Origin: Felis catus
Lineage: Eukaryota
Direction: 5' to 3'
DNA: 64,000 bases
Assembly: GCF_018350175.1 (NCBI RefSeq)
Contig: NC_058377.1
Span: 101,432,001 to 101,496,000 of the forward strand
Shown here: one piece after another, positions 12,121 to 25,400 of the stretch
Numbering within the stretch: the first letter of the stretch is position 1
How the letters are laid out: each line of letters opens with the position of its first letter
Notes under the pieces: model-generated
What the model was told of the DNA's origin: nothing
The model's database searches: none
Seen by the model: only the letters and a program-made list of their open reading frames with translations
Position numbers and translations under genes: made by a program

Positions 12121-14706
12121 TTTTTTCTTCCAATTTGTACTCTTTAAATATTTTATTTAATTAATATGCAGTGCCATATTGGTTTCAGAAGTAGAAGTCA
12201 GTGATTCATCACTTACATACAACACCCAGTGCTCATCACACGAGTGCCCCCTTAATACCCATCATCCATTAAGCCCATCTTCTGCCCACCTCCTTCCATC
12301 AACCCTCAGTTTGTTCTCTGTCATTAAGACTCTATTGTTGTTTGTTTCCCTTTGTACTCTTTTCCCAAATCCCATTTGTTCATCTGTCGTGTTTCTTAAA
12401 CTCCACATAGGAATGAAATTATACGATATTTATCTTCTTCCAGTTGACTTATTTTTCTTAGCATTATACATTCTAGCTCCATCCATATTATCGCAAATGG
12501 CAAGATTTCTCTCTCTCTCTCTCTCTGCTTTTTTTATTTTTTTGGATGGCTGAATATATTGATAAATTTCTAGCCAGACTTATAAAAGAGAAAAGAGTAA
12601 GGACCCAAATAGATAAAAATCTCCAATGAAAGAGGAGACATCACAAATAACACACAGAAATACAATTATAAAAGAATACTATGAAAAATTATATGCCAAA
12701 GAAAGGGCAATCTGGAAGAGATGGACTAATTCCTAGAAAATCGCACACTAACAAAACTGAAACAGGAAGAAACACAAAATTTGAACAGACCTATAACCAG
12801 CAAAGAAATTGTATCAGTTATCATAAATCTCCCAACAAATAAGAGTCCTGGGCCAGATGGCTTCGCAGGGGAATTCTGCCAGACATTTAAAGCAGAGTTA
12901 ATACCTATTCTTCTCAAACTGTTCATAAAATAGAAATGGAATGAAAGCTTCCAAACTCCTTCTATGAATCCAGCATTACCTTGATTCCAAAACCAGACAA
13001 AGACTCCACTAAAAAGGAGAATTACAGGCCAATATCCCTGGTGAACATGGATCCAAAAATTCTCAACAAGAGACTTGCAAATTGAATTCAACAGTTCATT
13101 AAAAGAATTACTCCCCATGATCAAGTGGGATTTATTCCTGGGCTGCAGGGCTGGTTCAATATTCATAAATCAATCAATGAATCAATCAATGTGATAGATT
13201 AATGTAAAAAATGTAATGTAAAAAAAGATAAGAACCATATGATCCTCTCAATAGATGCAGGAAAAGCATTTGACAAAATATAACATCCATTCTTGATAAA
13301 AAGCCCTCAACATCCATGGATGTTGGGATACATGGAATATACTTCAACATCATAAAAGCCATATATTGAAGACCCACAGCTAATATCATCCTCAAAGGGG
13401 AAAAACTGAGAGGCTATTTTTTAAAGACAAGAATGCCCACTCTCACCATTATTACTTAATATAATACTGGAAGCCTTAGCCTCAGCAATCAGACAACAAC
13501 AACAAAAAATAAAGGTATACATATCATCAAGGAAGAAGTCAAACTGTGACTATTTGCTTTATGTAGAAAACCCGAAAGACTCCACTAAAAAATTGCTAGG
13601 ACTAATACATGAATTCAACAAAGTCACAAGATATAAAATCAATGTGCAGAAATCTGTTGCATTTCTATATACCAATAACGAAGCAGCAGAAAGAAATCAA
13701 GGAATTGATCCCATTTACAATTGCACCAAAAACAATAAGATACCTAAGAAAAAACCTAACTAAAAAGGTTAAAAAATCTATACTCTTAAAATTATAGAAA
13801 ACTTATGAAAGATATTGAAGAGGACAGGAAGAAATGGGAAAACATTCCATGCTCATGGATTCGAAGAGCAAACATTGTTAAAATTTCCCTACTATCCAAG
13901 GAATCTACATATTTAATGCAATCCCTATCAAAATGCCACCAGCATTCATTGCAGAGATAGATCAAACAATCCTAAAATTTGTATGGAACCACAAAAGATC
14001 CCAAATAGCCAAAGAAATCCTGAAAAAGAAAAATAAAACTGGAGGCATTACGATTCTGGATTTCAAGCTATCTCCCAAAGCTGTAGTCATCAAAACAGTA
14101 TGGTACTGGTACAAAAACAGACACAAAGATCAATGGCACAGAATAGAAAATCCAGAAACGGACCCAAAACTATATAGTCAACTCATCTTTGACCAAGATG
14201 AAAACAGACAGTCTCTTCAACATATGGTGTTGGGAAAACTGGGTGGTGACATACAGAAGAATTCAACTGGACCACTGTCTTACACCATACACAATAATAT
14301 ATTCAAAATGGATGAAAGACCTAGATGGGAGCCAGAAAACATCAAAATCCTAGAGAAGAATACAGACAGTAACCTCTTTGACACTGGCCAGTGCAACTTC
14401 TTTCTAGATACATTGCAGAAGGCAAGAAAAATGAAAGCAAACATGAACTATTGGGACTTCANNNNNNNNNNNNNNNNNNNNNNNNNNNNNNNNNNNNNNN
14501 NNNNNNNNNNNNNNNNNNNNNNNNNNNNNNNNNNNNNNNNNNNNNNNNNNNNNNNNNNNNNNNNNNNNNNNNNNNNNNNNNNNNNNNNNCTTATCAAATT
14601 CAACACCCAAAAAACAAATAATCCAGTGAATAAATGGGCAAAAGGCATGAATAAACACTTTTCCAAAGAAGACATGAAGATGGTTAACAGACACATGAAA
14701 AGATGC
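12121..14706 (-). mobile_element. Carnivore LINE-1 with 5' inversion: 3' UTR on minus (about 12121-12555), ORF2 segment on plus (about 12557-14706)
   Basis: Antisense carnivore L1 3' UTR joined directly to sense ORF2 (aagagtcctgggccagatggcttc; [16 protein letters not shown]); degenerate TSD ending gttttc. Confidence 0.85.
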
Positions 14707-14999
14707 GCAGTGAGGTTTTCAATTGCTAAGAATTTGTGAAGATCATGGTGAAAACTGGTAGAATTTGTAATGACATAATTATAATGCAATGAGCATAATG
14801 ATAGTTTATTAATTCAATATAGATCTATTGAGAATCATCTGTTCTAGGTTTGGGAAAATACTGGCTTTAAAATAAGTGAGCAAAAGCAGATAGATATGGA
14901 CCTTGCCCTCTGGGGCCAACAATCTGGTTATGATACAATCATGAATCAATCACACAAATATCATACAAGTATTAACTTAGAGGTGTGAAAAGTCCTATG

Positions 15000-16500
15000 C
15001 ATTAAAGGTTCGTGATACTATGCGAGCATATACCCAGAGGATAGGGCTTACTCAGCAAAGAAAAAAACTGAGACTAAATCACACCAAATTTGACATAAGA
15101 AGAAAATTTACCTACAGAGAAATAACAGAGGATCTGGTAATAAAATCTGTGGAACACACTAAGACAGACCTGAAAAAGAATAATTTTCTATGTACTGAAA
15201 GGAAATACGAGTCTATCCAGATCCATAACCAAATGAGTTATTCATCAAGAATTAAAGTGGGGCGCCTGGGTGGCGCAGTCGTTAAGCGTCCGACTTCAGC
15301 CAGGTTACGATCGCGGCCCGTGAGTTCGAGCCCCGCGTCAGGCTCTGGGCTGATGGCTCAGAGCCTGGAGCCTGTTTCCGATTCTGTGTTTCCCTCTCTC
15401 TCTGCCCCTCCCTCTCTCTCTGCCCCTCCCCCCGTTCATGCTCTGTCTCTCTGTTCATGCTCTGTCTCTCTCTGTCCCAAAAATAAATAAATGTTGAAAA
15501 AAAAAAGAAAACAAACAAAAGAATTAAAGTAAAAACGAGGCAATTTCAGACGAATAAAAACAGAATTTCTCTCACACAAACAAACGGTCATTGAGGATGA
15601 CTAATTAAAGGTATAAATCATGTAGAAGAAAACTAGACCCAGGATAAAAAGGGGATACAAAGAGAACAGTGAGTCATTGACAAAAATGGCTAATTTTAAA
15701 GGAACATTAATATTAGATAAATATTAGATAAATTAGATAAATTAGATAAATATTCAATATAATTATAATTGTAGTCATATATAACAGGTAATATTTAAAC
15801 AGTTTATTATTAAGTGATAATTTATTGTCAATCATATATCATTCTTCATGACACCATATAAGATAGAAGGAGTATCCATGTTAAAATGTTCTATAATCCT
15901 TTTATTATTCCAAGAAAAGTATGACTAATGACTTTGTTCAATCATTATATCTCTCCAAATTTTTAAAACTTTACTAAAAGTAGAAAGTACAATGTATTCT
16001 AATCAAATAAAAAGTAGAACAAAAAACTAAAAAAAAAAGTTTAGAGAACACAATTTAATTCGTGTTAGAAAGGGGAGAAAACACAGTAAATGCTTTCTAG
16101 GTGCAAAATAAACTGTTAGAAAGTATTCGTCAGCATGTATATTCATAAAACTATGAAATTCAGTAACTGAAAGGACTCAGGGCCTGAAAGTCAGGGTAGA
16201 AACGAACATAATAGGCATCAACTAACTGAAAAGAATAAAAAATACTGCTGAAGGTATCTGAATATCAGGCAAAATGCACATTTAGGTTTTAATCATCAAA
16301 GTTGGGAGAGAACGTACAAAATGTTAAAAGGGATAAGCCTCATTCATTAGCTGACAGGAGCTAATAAAATACGCAAAAATTACAAAGAGAAATTGATAAA
16401 TCCACAAGCATCCCTCTCAGATTTTATATTTGAAACAGTAAAGCATTTGTAGGATACTGAAAATCTTAAAATAAAAAATCAACTGGATTGACCTTGATCT
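15000..16500 (+). mobile_element. Highly degenerate old L1M relic, interrupted by a SINE
   Basis: A-rich sense strand with weak L1 ORF1/ORF2-like motifs (aaagagaaattgataaatccaca). Confidence 0.45.
15259..15518 (+). mobile_element. Young feline SINEC_Fc with two internal tandem duplications
   Basis: TSD aagaattaaagt at 15247-15258 and 15519-15530. Confidence 0.95.
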
Positions 16501-17594
16501 CATAAGACCCTGCTCTGCTCAGCTCCCGTTTCCTTTGAGAGTAATTTTCAACACCATTGATTTCCAAACCTTGTATGTCTCAGGAGAAAATGCCAAAGAT
16601 GAGCAGTAAGGTACCACGAAATGGATGGATACACAAATTATCCTGCAGGCAACGGACCACCTGTAATGCCTGAAGAGGAAAGTAACACAACACCTCACTT
16701 CTGTTGCTACTTTCCTTGTGAACTCTTAAATCTGGATATGGCAGCTTCCAGTTTGGAAAGTGGCCCAGTTTGGGTAAGACACAAGAGATGATCAAGGCAT
16801 GCAAAACTTATGACGAACTGCAAACTATGTTAAACCTAGGAAAGGAAGATCTGAAGTGGCAAGTATCAGAATAAGAGGGTGGACACGGGACCAAATATAG
16901 ACTATAAGTACCTTATGTCTTTCTCCATCTTGTAGCCACCATCACTGGCTCAATGAAGTTGGTATCATGTGCCTTCTGAGAAAATAATGGACATTCTGGA
17001 GAGAATAAGATAATTCTGTATATTCTAAAGTCTTCTGCCAAAGACCTTCAACAAACTCTAACATTTCAAGCTTCCGGATTAGAGGTGGTAAGGTTATTTT
17101 TTAAAAACAGTTTGCATTTGAATTCAGCACAAGTTTTAGTTAACACAGTGCCACGCAAAGTGAGGGCTGCCTGTATTTAATAGGCCATTCATTTCTTTTT
17201 CCTCAATTATAAAACAAACATTACCATCAAATTCTCCACACAAGTGTTTTAGTATGCCTTTTGCACATTCCTAAAATTGGAATCACTGAGTAAATTTATA
17301 CATTTTTAAGACTCCCGAAAACATAATGTTCAATTGATTTTCAGAAAAACTGTATTATCGTTTTCTTGACACCCATAATGTAGAACGTGCCAGTCGTTTT
17401 TGAAATCAAAGATAAATCCACAAAAGTATCTTATTTCAATTATTTTGTTTGAAATTATCATCATTTCTTTATCGATGATTGATTAGTGCCTTAGGTTTAT
17501 CTATAGACACAGTTAGGACCATGATCCCTTAAACTACAAACTACATAAGATTAATCTGATAAATACTGAAAGCATAACCATTGGTATAATGATA

Positions 17595-17755
17595 AGGTGG
17601 GGAGTGGGGAGTCCTGATCAGTAGCATTAGCCAATTTTTTCATTGTTGTAAATACTCCCACTCCCCTGCCAATTCCAAGAGGATCCATTTACCAACTGGC
17701 TTTCAAATCGGAATATTTAAGAATTGGCTCTCTGGGGTCAGCTCCAACTCATCTG
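17595..17755 (-). mobile_element. MER63-like hAT DNA transposon relic
   Basis: Reverse complement gagagccaattcttaaatattc...gccagttggtaaa resembles the recalled MER63 end. Confidence 0.45.
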
Positions 17756-18204
17756 TAAAGACAACCCCGTCTAAACTAAACTGATAAGTTCTCCAGTTCT
17801 GACATGTGATTTGAATGGGGGTGTGGGAGTTCCCACCAACGAAGGTGAACCCCAGTTCCAATATCTTAACATATTATTGTATTTTGGGTTTGAAGTTGGC
17901 AAATTGGCACTGGAGCATTTGTTTCATATTTTTAGTTACTAGTATTTTTACTCATTAATTTTTTAGCATTTTTGTATTTTTACCTATTTTCTGCATATAG
18001 CCTTCAACATTTATTTATATGATGGTGTTTTAGTACTTTGAATCATGTGTTAATACCTTTACCACTTTATCTTACTTGGGGCAAATACTTCCCGAAATAT
18101 AATATGCCTCTTGATTTTAGATAGTTCTACAGTCTTCCATTGTGAATTTCTCCACTGCAATTTGCCTCAGAAATGTTTTCTTCTGATTATTTAAAAGCTT
18201 AATG

Positions 18205-18394
18205 TTTATTTTTTTAAGGTTATTTATTTTAAGAGAGAGAGCAGGCGGGGAGGGGCAGAGAGAAAGGGAGAGAGGATTCTAAGCAGGCTCCATACTGTCA
18301 GCACACAGCTCAAGGCAGAGCTTGAACTCACAAACTGAGATCATGACCTGACCTGAAGCCTGATGCTTCACTGACTGAAACACCCAGGCTTCCC
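18205..18394 (-). mobile_element. Can-SINE (older copy)
   Basis: tttatttatttt-gagagag...gatcatgacctga...cacccagg. Confidence 0.9.
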
Positions 18395-19466
18395 TAATAC
18401 TTTAATTAAAATCAACGTAGGCTTTTTTTTTTTCCGCCGTGTTTGAAATGATGCACTGTTGAGAAGTATGTGTGGGCACATCAGTCTTTCAGGGGACAGT
18501 TGCTGACAAAGGACAACCTAATCGTGAATAAGATTCTGTGTTAAGATATCTTTACTGAAAAATAATGTTGCATTATGGACACTGGTATGGTACAAAAATA
18601 AACATTTGTGTAAAAATGTTAAAAAATACACAATATTAATATGCCAAAGTTAAATGTTTTGTTTTTCATTTATAATCTCTTTGCTTTTCTGGCAAAAACA
18701 AAACAAAACAAAACAAAACAACAATCTTAACCCACCAGTAACCTTTCATCCCAAAGTAGATCTCTCTACTTTGTAGACTATGTAGACTATGTAGACTATG
18801 AAGACTAAAATATTTTTCCATGGTTTCCAATAATTTACAAGGAATATGTGTTGCATATATCACTATATTTGAAATCATGTGTATGGGTGCACCTGCTATC
18901 CAGATTGAGCCATCATATGCATAATTTCTTGGTTACAAAATGTTAGGTAGAAGCATTTGATTTGCATTATCCTATCATGAATTTGAAAGACATGCATATA
19001 ATGAAGATGAAATTTGTCTACCAGAAATGAACACTTTCTTAAATCTACATTAATTATATGAATTTAGTTCAAAATGTATGTACAAATTGATCAAAGGAAT
19101 AGAATAGGCCAGAAATAGATTCACTTAGTGTGCAATAAAGGTGATGTCACAAATCAATGGAAAAACAAAGGGCTGCTTAATAGCTAGTAGGAGGAAATGG
19201 TTTTAAAATGTGAGGAAAAGAGGTACATATGATATTACAACATACAACAGAATTGTACCAAGAATAATTCAATATAGTCCTATAAAATATGGCAATGAAA
19301 AATATAATAGAGATATAACTTTATTTAAATTTAAGGTGGAGAACAGTACAAAGCAAAAAAATATATATTTTTTCCAAATAATAATGCAAATATTCTTCAT
19401 GTGAGGAATCATCAGAAGTAAAAGGGAATCTGATGTAGTCTCTTTATTTGTTAAATATATACTTTA

Positions 19467-19592
19467 CATTGAAGAGGGTACTTGCTGGACTGAGCACTGG
19501 GTGTTGTAGATAAGTGATGAATCACTGAATTCTACTCCTGAAATGAACACTGCACTATATATTAACTAACATGAATTTAAATTAAAAAAAAA
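19467..19592 (+). mobile_element. Very short carnivore L1 3' end
   Basis: tgagcactgggtgttgta...gatgaatcactgaattctactcctgaaa...A tail. Confidence 0.85.
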
Positions 19593-19958
19593 GGGAAAGA
19601 AAAAATAATAATAATAAATGCATGCATTTATGTACTAAATTTATACTTATAGGACATAATTTGATAAAATTTTAATCATTTGTATTGTTTCCCAAAGTTC
19701 TAAAATGACATTATAGCAAGTTATAAGATTACCTGCCTATAAACATGCTGTGTGTAGATAACAACTCCATAATTCAACCAATGCTATCATTTTGATGTAT
19801 TTCTACATGGAGCTAGGTTTTATAGACTTAGCCCATCTCGGAAATCTGCATTTATTCCATCACTCAGAAAGATTATTCATGGATGTAATAATAGTTGTGT
19901 CTATAGTATTTATGTTTTAGAGAAATGAAGGTAAAAGTAAAGTAGTCAGAATATTTGG

Positions 19959-19960
<2 letters not shown>

Positions 19961-20001
<41 letters not shown>
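19961..20001. repeat. (AT)n microsatellite
   Basis: About 20 perfect AT units. Confidence 0.95.
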
Positions 20002-20006
<5 letters not shown>

Positions 20007-20545
20007 CTGTTAAAATAAAACAGACTTCCTTCCCAAGAATTGTTATGGAGACAACAAAGAAGTAAATACCCTCAGAGGATATTCCCTAATGTTAATAACA
20101 ACATAGTGAAATATTTACTCTCAAACATGACTACTCATAAGTATAAATGGTTGATGCTTTGTGGAGGGAAATCTACACATCAAAAAATTTAGCAAGAGCT
20201 TGAAAACTGTTCAAAACATGTAATTCAACAATCATACATCTAAGACTGATCGTAAAGAAACAATCAGAGACATATGTACATAGAGATATGAGTCAGTCTT
20301 AAAAACAAAAGGATGCATAGATATGAAATAATGGTTTGTAAGATAATCCAAATGGAAGAAAACACACCAGAATGTTGAAAGCAGCTGTCTTAGGTAAGAG
20401 ATCAAAGGTAAATTTTGCGTTTATTCCTTAGATGTTTCCATATTTTTCAATTTGCTTTTCTAGAATCAATGTGTTATGTTTGTAATTAAGTTCAAGTATA
20501 ATTTAATTATGGAGTATTAAGCTACATTAAAAACTGTATTTACTT

Positions 20546-20717
20546 GGGGTGCTTGTGGGGCTCCTTCAGTTAAGTGCCTGACTTGATTTCAGCCCATGTC
20601 ATAATCGCATTGTTTGCAAGTTAAGCCCCACATTGTTGGGCTCAGCACTGACAGCAAGGACCCTGCTCCAGATTCTCTCTCCATTTCTCTGCGCCTCCCC
20701 CATTCATCTCTTTCTCC

Positions 20718-20756
<39 letters not shown>

Positions 20757-20995
20757 CCAAAATAAATAAACTTAAAAAAATTTGGGGGGTGGGGGCACCT
20801 GGGTGGCTCAAAGCCTTTGACTTCAGCTCAGGTCATGACGTCATAGTTTATGAATTTGAGCCCAGTGTCAAGGCTCTGTGCTGACAACTACAAGCCGGGA
20901 GCCTGCTTCAGTTTCTGTTTTTCCCTCTCTCTGCCCCTCCACTGCTTATGCTCTGTGTCTCTCTCCCTCCCGCCAAAATAAATACACTAAAAAAA
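20546..20995 (+). mobile_element. Two tandem Can-SINEs (about 20546-20780 and 20791-20995)
   Basis: Two heads, two CT tracts, two aataaa tails. Confidence 0.9.
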
Positions 20996-22030
20996 TGCTT
21001 TTTAAATGGTATTCATCAAAAATATTTAGTCTGCAGGAAATGCAAACTTTACATTATCAAGTGAAAGTCAACATTCAAATTTGTATTTGGAATAGGATTC
21101 CAATTTTGTCTTATAAATTATCATAATATATATGCATCTAAAATTGCTGAGAAGAAACATGGAAAAACAGAAACCAGAAACACAAATTATCCATTGGTTT
21201 AGACATATCACTGATAAAAGTTATTTATTCACATCTGTCTTTATTTTATAGTTATTTATAATGCACATGTGTGCTTTTATAATCTGGAAAACATATTCAT
21301 AAAATATAGTCTAAATAGATCTACCATATATCAAAACTGCCTGATTTCCATGAAACACTAAGACAATTCTATTTTTATTGCACACAAATTATCATGTTTA
21401 CCTGAATGTGAGAGGAATTGCATGTTAGCTATTATTAGCTATTACACCCTCATGATAATAACCATGACTTCATGTGGTGCAGTAACCTCATCCCTTTATT
21501 ATCCCCAACATTCCCCCCAGCATTACAGCTTGCTGAATTTAACCACAATGAGAATAGGAAAGAGAGAATATTTGGAATCAAGGGGTTTGCCTTTCTGCTA
21601 TTTAGTGGCTGAATGGCTGTAGAAAGCCATTTAATCTCTCTGTGCCTAAGACTCCAAATGGTATAAATGGAGAGCATAATTTTCTCACAGATTTGTTATC
21701 TGAAGATTAAAATAAATAGTATATACATTTATATATATATAAATGTACAGTAAAGTACAGCTGTATGACACATATGATTATTTTTGTGCATGTTGATTTT
21801 GTTGTATCCTATTTCTAAAGAACCTCTGAAGAGGCTTTCACCCAAGGAGTTTAACAATGAAAAAAATAAATCACAAATAGAAGTAAATAAATAGCATATA
21901 AAGAAAGGCTAGAGAGGTCAACCATTTGGTTTAAGAGATTTGCCAAGACTGAGTTTACAGATTGGTTCCTGAAATTTACACATTGGTTCCTGGAAGCCAT
22001 AGTGGTTCTCAGAACTAAAAAATAAAAGGA

Positions 22031-22500
22031 GGGGTGCCTGGGTTGCTCAGTAGGTTAAGTGTCTAACTTTGGCTCAGGTCATGATCTCCAGGTTCTTGAG
22101 TTCAAGCCCCATGTCGGGCTCTGTGCTGACAGCTGAGAGCCTGGAGCCTGCCTTGGATTCTTTGTCTCCCTTTCTCTCTGTCCCTCCCCCACTCATGCTT
22201 CTTTCTCTCTCTTAAAAATAAATAAACATTAAAAAAATTAGAAACAAAAAAAAAAGACTAGCTCAATTTGGGGGTACTTGGGTGGCTCAGTCAGTTAAGC
22301 ATCTGACTTTGGCTCAGGTCATGATCTCATGGTTTGCGGGTTTGAGCCCCACATCAGACTCCGTGCTGACAGCTCAGAGCCTGAAACCTGCTTTGGATTC
22401 TCTCTCTCCCTCTCTCTCTGCCCTTCCCCAATCTAGTTCTGTCCCTCTCTCTCTCTTTCTCTCTCTCAAAATAATAAATAAACATTAAAAAATTTTAAAA
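22031..22500 (+). mobile_element. Two tandem Can-SINEs (about 22031-22255 and 22270-22500)
   Basis: Two complete SINE bodies with tails. Confidence 0.9.
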
Positions 22501-22780
22501 GGAAGCATACGATTATTTAGACAAAATAGAGAGTACTTTTGCAGTGATTCTCAAATACACTTTTTCAATTAGGATTCTAAATCTGGATATCAGCAACATT
22601 CTGATTCCTAGGAATGGGAACGTAAGTCCTTGCTTAAGAAAAAAGAGAGTTTGTTTTAAGTTAACCAAGTGTTCCACAGACTAAATGATGTTGGTCCTCA
22701 AAAAGAAATTGGAATGGAGACTCTATCACAGGAAGAACCCCTCTGTTACTCATTTCTAATCCCCATATTATCACAGACAC

Positions 22781-23749
22781 TTATTTCAAATGAACAGATA
22801 ACCAAATTTCAATTTTATGAAAGAGATTTCCCTGAATGATTTGCTGCATAGCATGGATCACATCCTTGTTCCGTAGACTATAAATCAATGGGTTCAACAT
22901 TGGGCTCAAGAAAGTATAAAAGACTGCAATTATTTTGGACTCCTCCACAGACTTCTCAGATGGGGTCCTTAAGTACATGCAGAAGAGGGTTCCATAAAAT
23001 AGGGTGACTGTTGTCAAGTGGGAACCACAAGTAGAAAAGGCTCTGTGCCTGCCTTCAGCAGAACGGATCCTCAAGATGGCTGCAATAATGAGAAGGTAGG
23101 AAAGGACAATGATGAAGAGAGAGCTTGACAGAGTCAAGCCAGCGACTACAAACATTGCCATTTTTTTGACATAAGTGTCAGAGCAGGCCAACAGTATAAG
23201 AGGGGGATCTGCACAGTAGAAATGATTGATTTCAAGGGAGCCACAGAAGGACAAGTGAAAAGTCAGCAGTGTCTGGGAGAGTCCATTAAGGAAGCCACAA
23301 GTATAAGACACCATGACTAGAGAGATACAAACGTTCTTAGACATTCTGGTACTGTAATGTAGAGGGCTACAAATGGCTACATAGCGATCCAATGCCATCG
23401 AAGCAAGGATATAAAACTCAGTGATCACCAGGGCAATGAAGAGAAGACACTGTGTGAAGCATCCAGCATAGGAGATGGTCTTCTGGTCGGAGAGGAAGTT
23501 GTGCAGCATGTTTGGAGTGATATTGGAGGAATAGCCAATGTCCACGAAGGAGAGGTGGCTAAGGAAGAAGTACATGGGTGTTTGGAGGTGAGAATTGGTC
23601 CTGATCAGCATAATCATGCAGAGATTGCCTGCCAGCGTGATCAGGTAGATCACCAGAAACACTCCAAACAGGATCTTCTCCAGGACAGGGTCATCTGTGA
23701 GTCCCAAGAGAATGAATTCTGCCACTGTAGTGTGGTTTGGGGAAGACAT
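22781..23749 (-). CDS. OR5M10: Olfactory receptor family 5 subfamily M, OR5M1/OR5M10-like, intact (322 aa)
   Basis: NHT glycosylation site, [43 protein letters not shown]; N-terminus [16 protein letters not shown] as in human OR5M1/OR5M10, which cannot be distinguished here. Confidence 0.85.
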   Translation of the reverse strand: MSSPNHTTVAEFILLGLTDDPVLEKILFGVFLVIYLITLAGNLCMIMLIRTNSHLQTPMYFFLSHLSFVDIGYSSNITPNMLHNFLSDQKTISYAGCFTQCLLFIALVITEFYILASMALDRYVAICSPLHYSTRMSKNVCISLVMVSYTCGFLNGLSQTLLTFHLSFCGSLEINHFYCADPPLILLACSDTYVKKMAMFVVAGLTLSSSLFIIVLSYLLIIAAILRIRSAEGRHRAFSTCGSHLTTVTLFYGTLFCMYLRTPSEKSVEESKIIAVFYTFLSPMLNPLIYSLRNKDVIHAMQQIIQGNLFHKIEIWLSVHLK

Positions 23750-24869
23750 TTTCTTCTCCCTTGAAAACTGATAGTCTTAAAGAAAGTGAGGAGTTCCATC
23801 TGATCCAGATTCTGCATTTATTCCACCCATTTTATCATGTACTCATTGATATATTCATCTACTGGGAAATTTCTTTTCTCTTTTAACAAACACATCAGAA
23901 CATCTACAGAAATATTTTTGTCCTGTATCTCTCGTGTGATCTCTTTCACTTTTTCTCTCTCTCTCACTTTTGCTCTTGCTCTCACTTGTGTGTGTGAAAT
24001 CACATTTATACTTGCCTTCTTGCAAGAGAAAATTCCATATTGGGTATTTTTTTTTCAAACTTTATAAAAAGAAAAATACAGGAATTAAAAGCAGATATTA
24101 AAAACAGCCAGTCATTTATATCATTCAAATGGAAAATATAAAGGAAGTTGGGTTTCTAGGGTCTCCCCCGATCTGATAACCTATATTTTAGATACAAAAT
24201 AGAAGAAATATTTAGTACACCATTTTCACCTGAAACCCATTGTGGTCTGTCTTCATTTTATTCAGAAAGCATTGAATTAGTAGGTTTATCTCTTGGTATA
24301 TGGCAAGTCATGTCCTGAATGAAGAATCATTCCCTCTGCTTAATAAAGTTGCTCACTCATTTACATATACATGCACATGACTGAAAATATATTTTTTTTC
24401 TGCTCTAAATTCTGGGTTTACAACATTGAACAAATTCCCCATCCTCATGAGGCCCATGTTGTAGGGAAGGAACAGATATTAAACATATAGACAAGCCTAT
24501 AGAATGTGATTCCAGTTAGAAGCCAGGAGTATAAAGAAATATGAAGATGGGATGCTTTTAGATAAATACTCAGAGAAGTCTCTTCCGAGAAAGTAGAATT
24601 TAAACAGTAAATAAAAACCCCAAGTATATGGAGAAGAATGTGGGATTTCTCTGCTTGTTTGTTTGTTTCCATTTTTTGAGCGACAAACACATATATGAAC
24701 ATATTTGTTTTGGAAAGCACAAATGATGTTTAAATGTGGCCTTCGCTTCCAGCTGGAGCCATTATATCTCAATGTTTTACAAAAATAAGGTATGACCGGA
24801 AAACAATGTGCCTCAAGAGCTGTTCCCTAAAACTATTTTTATATATTCAATAAAGTAATTGATTTTTTA

Positions 24870-25090
24870 GGGGTGCCTGGGTGGCTCAGTCGGTTGAGCA
24901 TCCAATTTCGGCTCAGGTCATGATCTCACAGCTCGTGAGTTCGAGCCCCACATCAGGCTCTGTGCTGACAGCTCAGAGCCTGGAGCCTGCTTCAGATTCT
25001 GTGCCTCCCTCTCTCTCCACCCCAACTCACTCGCATTCTGTCTCTGTCTCTCTCAAAAATAAATAAACATTAAAAAAAATTAGAACAAAA
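24870..25090 (+). mobile_element. Can-SINE
   Basis: Full body and aataaa tail. Confidence 0.9.
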
Positions 25091-25245
25091 AAAATAATAA
25101 TTGAATTTTTAGACATACTACAAAATATTAGCATATGAATAGAAATATCAAGTACAATTGAGGAAATTAATTTTTTTGGTCCACACTGGCACTCATCTCC
25201 ACACACAAGAACAAACATATTTTTACTGAAGAAATGTAGAAAATG

Positions 25246-25400
25246 ACCTACCTGTAAAAGCTGACTTTCTGTATTTTGTAAAAACAAGGTGGAAACATTT
25301 ATAATGTATATCTCAGGTACATTCTCTAGAGTATTTCAGAAATAATGCTGAAGAACTAATTAAAATAGTTTTGTTCCTCAGGAGCACAGCCTTAATTTGG
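25246..25400 (-). promoter_or_regulatory. Putative first-exon donor and promoter module of the OR5M1/10-like gene
   Basis: Minus-strand CAG|GTAGGT at 25246-25251; CTAATTA at 25356-25362; O/E-like TCCTCAGGAG at 25375-25384. Confidence 0.45.

Noticed and set aside
13933-14739. 268-aa L1 ORF2-like ORF as an active element or host gene
   Set aside because: Fragment of a truncated, inverted, frameshifted L1 that spans a gap.
15259-15340. tRNA-like A/B boxes
   Set aside because: tRNA-derived SINE heads followed by SINE body and tail; not tRNA genes.
15711-15755. Short tandem arrays (attagataa)n and (tgtagacta)n at about 18772-18808 as CRISPR-like or regulatory arrays
   Set aside because: No spacers; ordinary slippage repeats in a mammalian genome.
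16560-16900. Possible OR relic (FRGTLLLIF resembling FYGTLLFMY)
   Set aside because: No KAFSTC or PMLNP at the expected spacing; similarity too weak.
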